Part shown: piece by piece, positions 62,113 to 64,000 of the stretch
How positions within the stretch are numbered: position 1 is the stretch's first letter
Layout of the letters: each line of letters opens with the position of its first letter
NCBI RefSeq assembly: GCF_964355755.1
Contig: NC_092677.1
Coordinates: 25,531,175-25,595,174, forward strand
Direction: 5' to 3'
Source of the DNA: Antedon mediterranea
Lineage: Eukaryota; Animalia; Echinodermata
Length of the DNA stretch: 64,000 bases
Notes under the pieces: generated by a model
The model's input: only the letters and a program-made list of their open reading frames with translations
Told to the model about the DNA's origin: nothing
Databases searched by the model: none
Position numbers and translations under genes: made by a program

Positions 62113-64000
62113 ATGAGTATTTTAATACATTTGAACAAAATATTTTCCAACAAACTTATCAGTGAGTTTAAACTTTGCAAATACTTATTAAACTTTACCG
62201 AAGAGCGACAACAACTTTGCACGATGGAAAACAAACCATTTTGTGCGCGAATCAATGTTATTACCGGTGAAACGGAATGGGTTATGGAGAATGAGATTTA
62301 CGATTATCATCAAGAAATCGCACGATCTGGCTACACAGATATGCTACACGATCACGAGAGGGTAAGTAAACCATTCATTTTCTTTCGTGTTAATTGTTTT
62401 AAGAACTTTCATAAATATATCTGATATTTCTAGTTTAAAATTAAGGAGAATTTATTTGGAAAAAAAATATTCATACAGTAATGTTGTAATGTAATTTTTA
62501 ACTGTAATTTTTTTATAGCAATCTGAATGTTATGCCTTCTGAATATGTTTTCTACTACTTTTACCTTATTTAAAGTGTTTTGTAATTTGTTGTCTTGTTT
62601 TGCCCTGCATATGCTTGTTCTCCTATCTGGGATGTTGGTTACATTCTTATGTTCCCTACAATTTGTGACGTTTTGTAAAAATAATACATATATATTACTT
62701 TAAAAACATTAAACCAGGTCATTCCTTGTCTTAAATGTACGTTTTATGGTAAATTATGATAAAAAGTGAGAAACAATGCACTACCTAAGTAGCTCACGGC
62801 GCCTGACCTCTCGTGGGCGGTCTTTAGGCCTAGCCTAGCTAGGCTTAGTTTTGTAGGCCTAGCTGGTAATCATCGGTAATGTACGAACATCGTACGCTAG
62901 CTATATACCTAGCCTGACGTTGTATAGTTTCTGCATTAATTGTGATTCTACTTTTACCAGACTCTGTTGATACAAATTGGGGAAAACCTGGTATTTTCGC
63001 TGAAAGGTTAGAAGTCTTCAATTTGTTTTGGCCTCGCGATCGAAAAGTGGGTTAATTACAGAAAAAAATCAGAAATATCAATCCGCGCGCAATGCATTTT
63101 GGGATTTATAGCGGGCCGCTATAATTATTAGAATCAACTTATTTTTCACATTTTTAACCATTTAAAGACGAAAAAAGTTATCGCAATAGGACCATATAGT
63201 ATTATTTTTACATTAAATATAGTTTGTGATCTTATAATAGATCTAAAAAACGAAGGTGTCTTTAAAGTAAATGATGATTTTACATAGTATATAGGGTATG
63301 AATTCATTATTGAAAATATAATAAAACAGTGTAATTTTGATTAACAATTACCTTTTTTTAATTAATATAGAACAAGAAGTATTACGAGGGAATAAAATTA
63401 GCAATAGCAGCTGTCCATGCCAGAGGAGAGAAGGCTCATGTGCTGGACATAGGAGCCGGTACTGGTCTACTATCAATGATGGCAGCAAAAGCTGGAGCAG
63501 ACACTGTACATGCTTGTGAGGTATGTACTGTATGTCAGTAAGCAGTGGGTACAGGATTTTGAAATTGAGGTCGTGACATATGGTGCTAATTATATTTTAT
63601 ATATATTAGAAATGTTTTATATTTTGCTATCTTTTGCATTGTAATTATTATTTATTTATTTTTTTTGTTTGCATTTGTAAAATATTCACCAATCACACTT
63701 AAGTGATTTAAGTATTTCACTTAAGTCAATAAATATTTAAGCATTTCTCTTAAATTTTATTCACTTAGATAGGACATTTTTTTATTTTAAGGGTAAGTGT
63801 TTCCTTTACACAACAGTAAGTGTGAATGGTGAAAACGACCACTGTTCTTCAAATTCCAACCAAATTTTCATTGATTCCTCATACAGATTTTATTTTTATA
63901 GTATTGGAAAAATGTTTTATCTTAAAATTTTCACAGGCCTTTCCTCCAATAGCAGATGGTGCAAGAACAATTATTGCTCAAAACGGCTTTAAAGAGAAAA
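62113..64000 (+). CDS. PRMT7: Protein arginine N-methyltransferase 7, 5' part (runs off the window)
   Basis: Exon ending at 62361 ([21 protein letters not shown]), exon 63371-63520 (NKKYYEGI...[15 protein letters not shown]...ACE), and an exon from 63938 to the window end. The start is either 62113 or 62224. Confidence 0.93.
62651..63261. mobile_element. Kolobok-like non-autonomous element, copy 2 (PRMT7 intron)
   Basis: Colinear with 14354-14978 and ends GTCT|TTAA. Confidence 0.7.

Noticed and set aside
29443-64000. Functional linkage of SNRPD1 (RG-tail substrate) with PRMT7
   Set aside because: The genes are more than 30 kb apart with four genes between them, so there is no evidence beyond coincidence.

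Overview
AT-rich, intron-containing animal genomic DNA. An invertebrate deuterostome, probably an echinoderm, is inferred from gene content and repeat types; this is not proven. Ten spliced or single-exon host genes can be read directly: two tandem galactose-3-O-sulfotransferase-like genes (-), a B3GALT-like GT31 gene (-), SMIM13 (+), SNRPD1 (+), LENG1 (-), CEP72/LRRC36-like (+), TPPP/p25-alpha (-), ADCK5-like (-) and the 5' part of PRMT7 (+). The rest is dense with non-autonomous DNA transposons, SINEs and minisatellites. Most notable: (i) a 9.2-kb TTAA-flanked piggyBac-like element (12636-21827) in a sulfotransferase intron, holding a nested stack of MULE-like, Kolobok-like, Copia, head-to-head AcademX, SINE and TIR elements; (ii) a microhomology-bounded 1.1-kb templated copy (8146-9260) of that gene that preserves the empty insertion sites; (iii) a 364-bp (TA)n-embedded element carrying an intact tRNA cloverleaf with the unusual anticodon AUC; (iv) a U12-type intron in CEP72, a probable GC-AG intron in LENG1, CAG-ended elements with 5-bp TSDs, and conserved CEP72-TPPP linkage. 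All coordinates were read by hand and no database searches were run.
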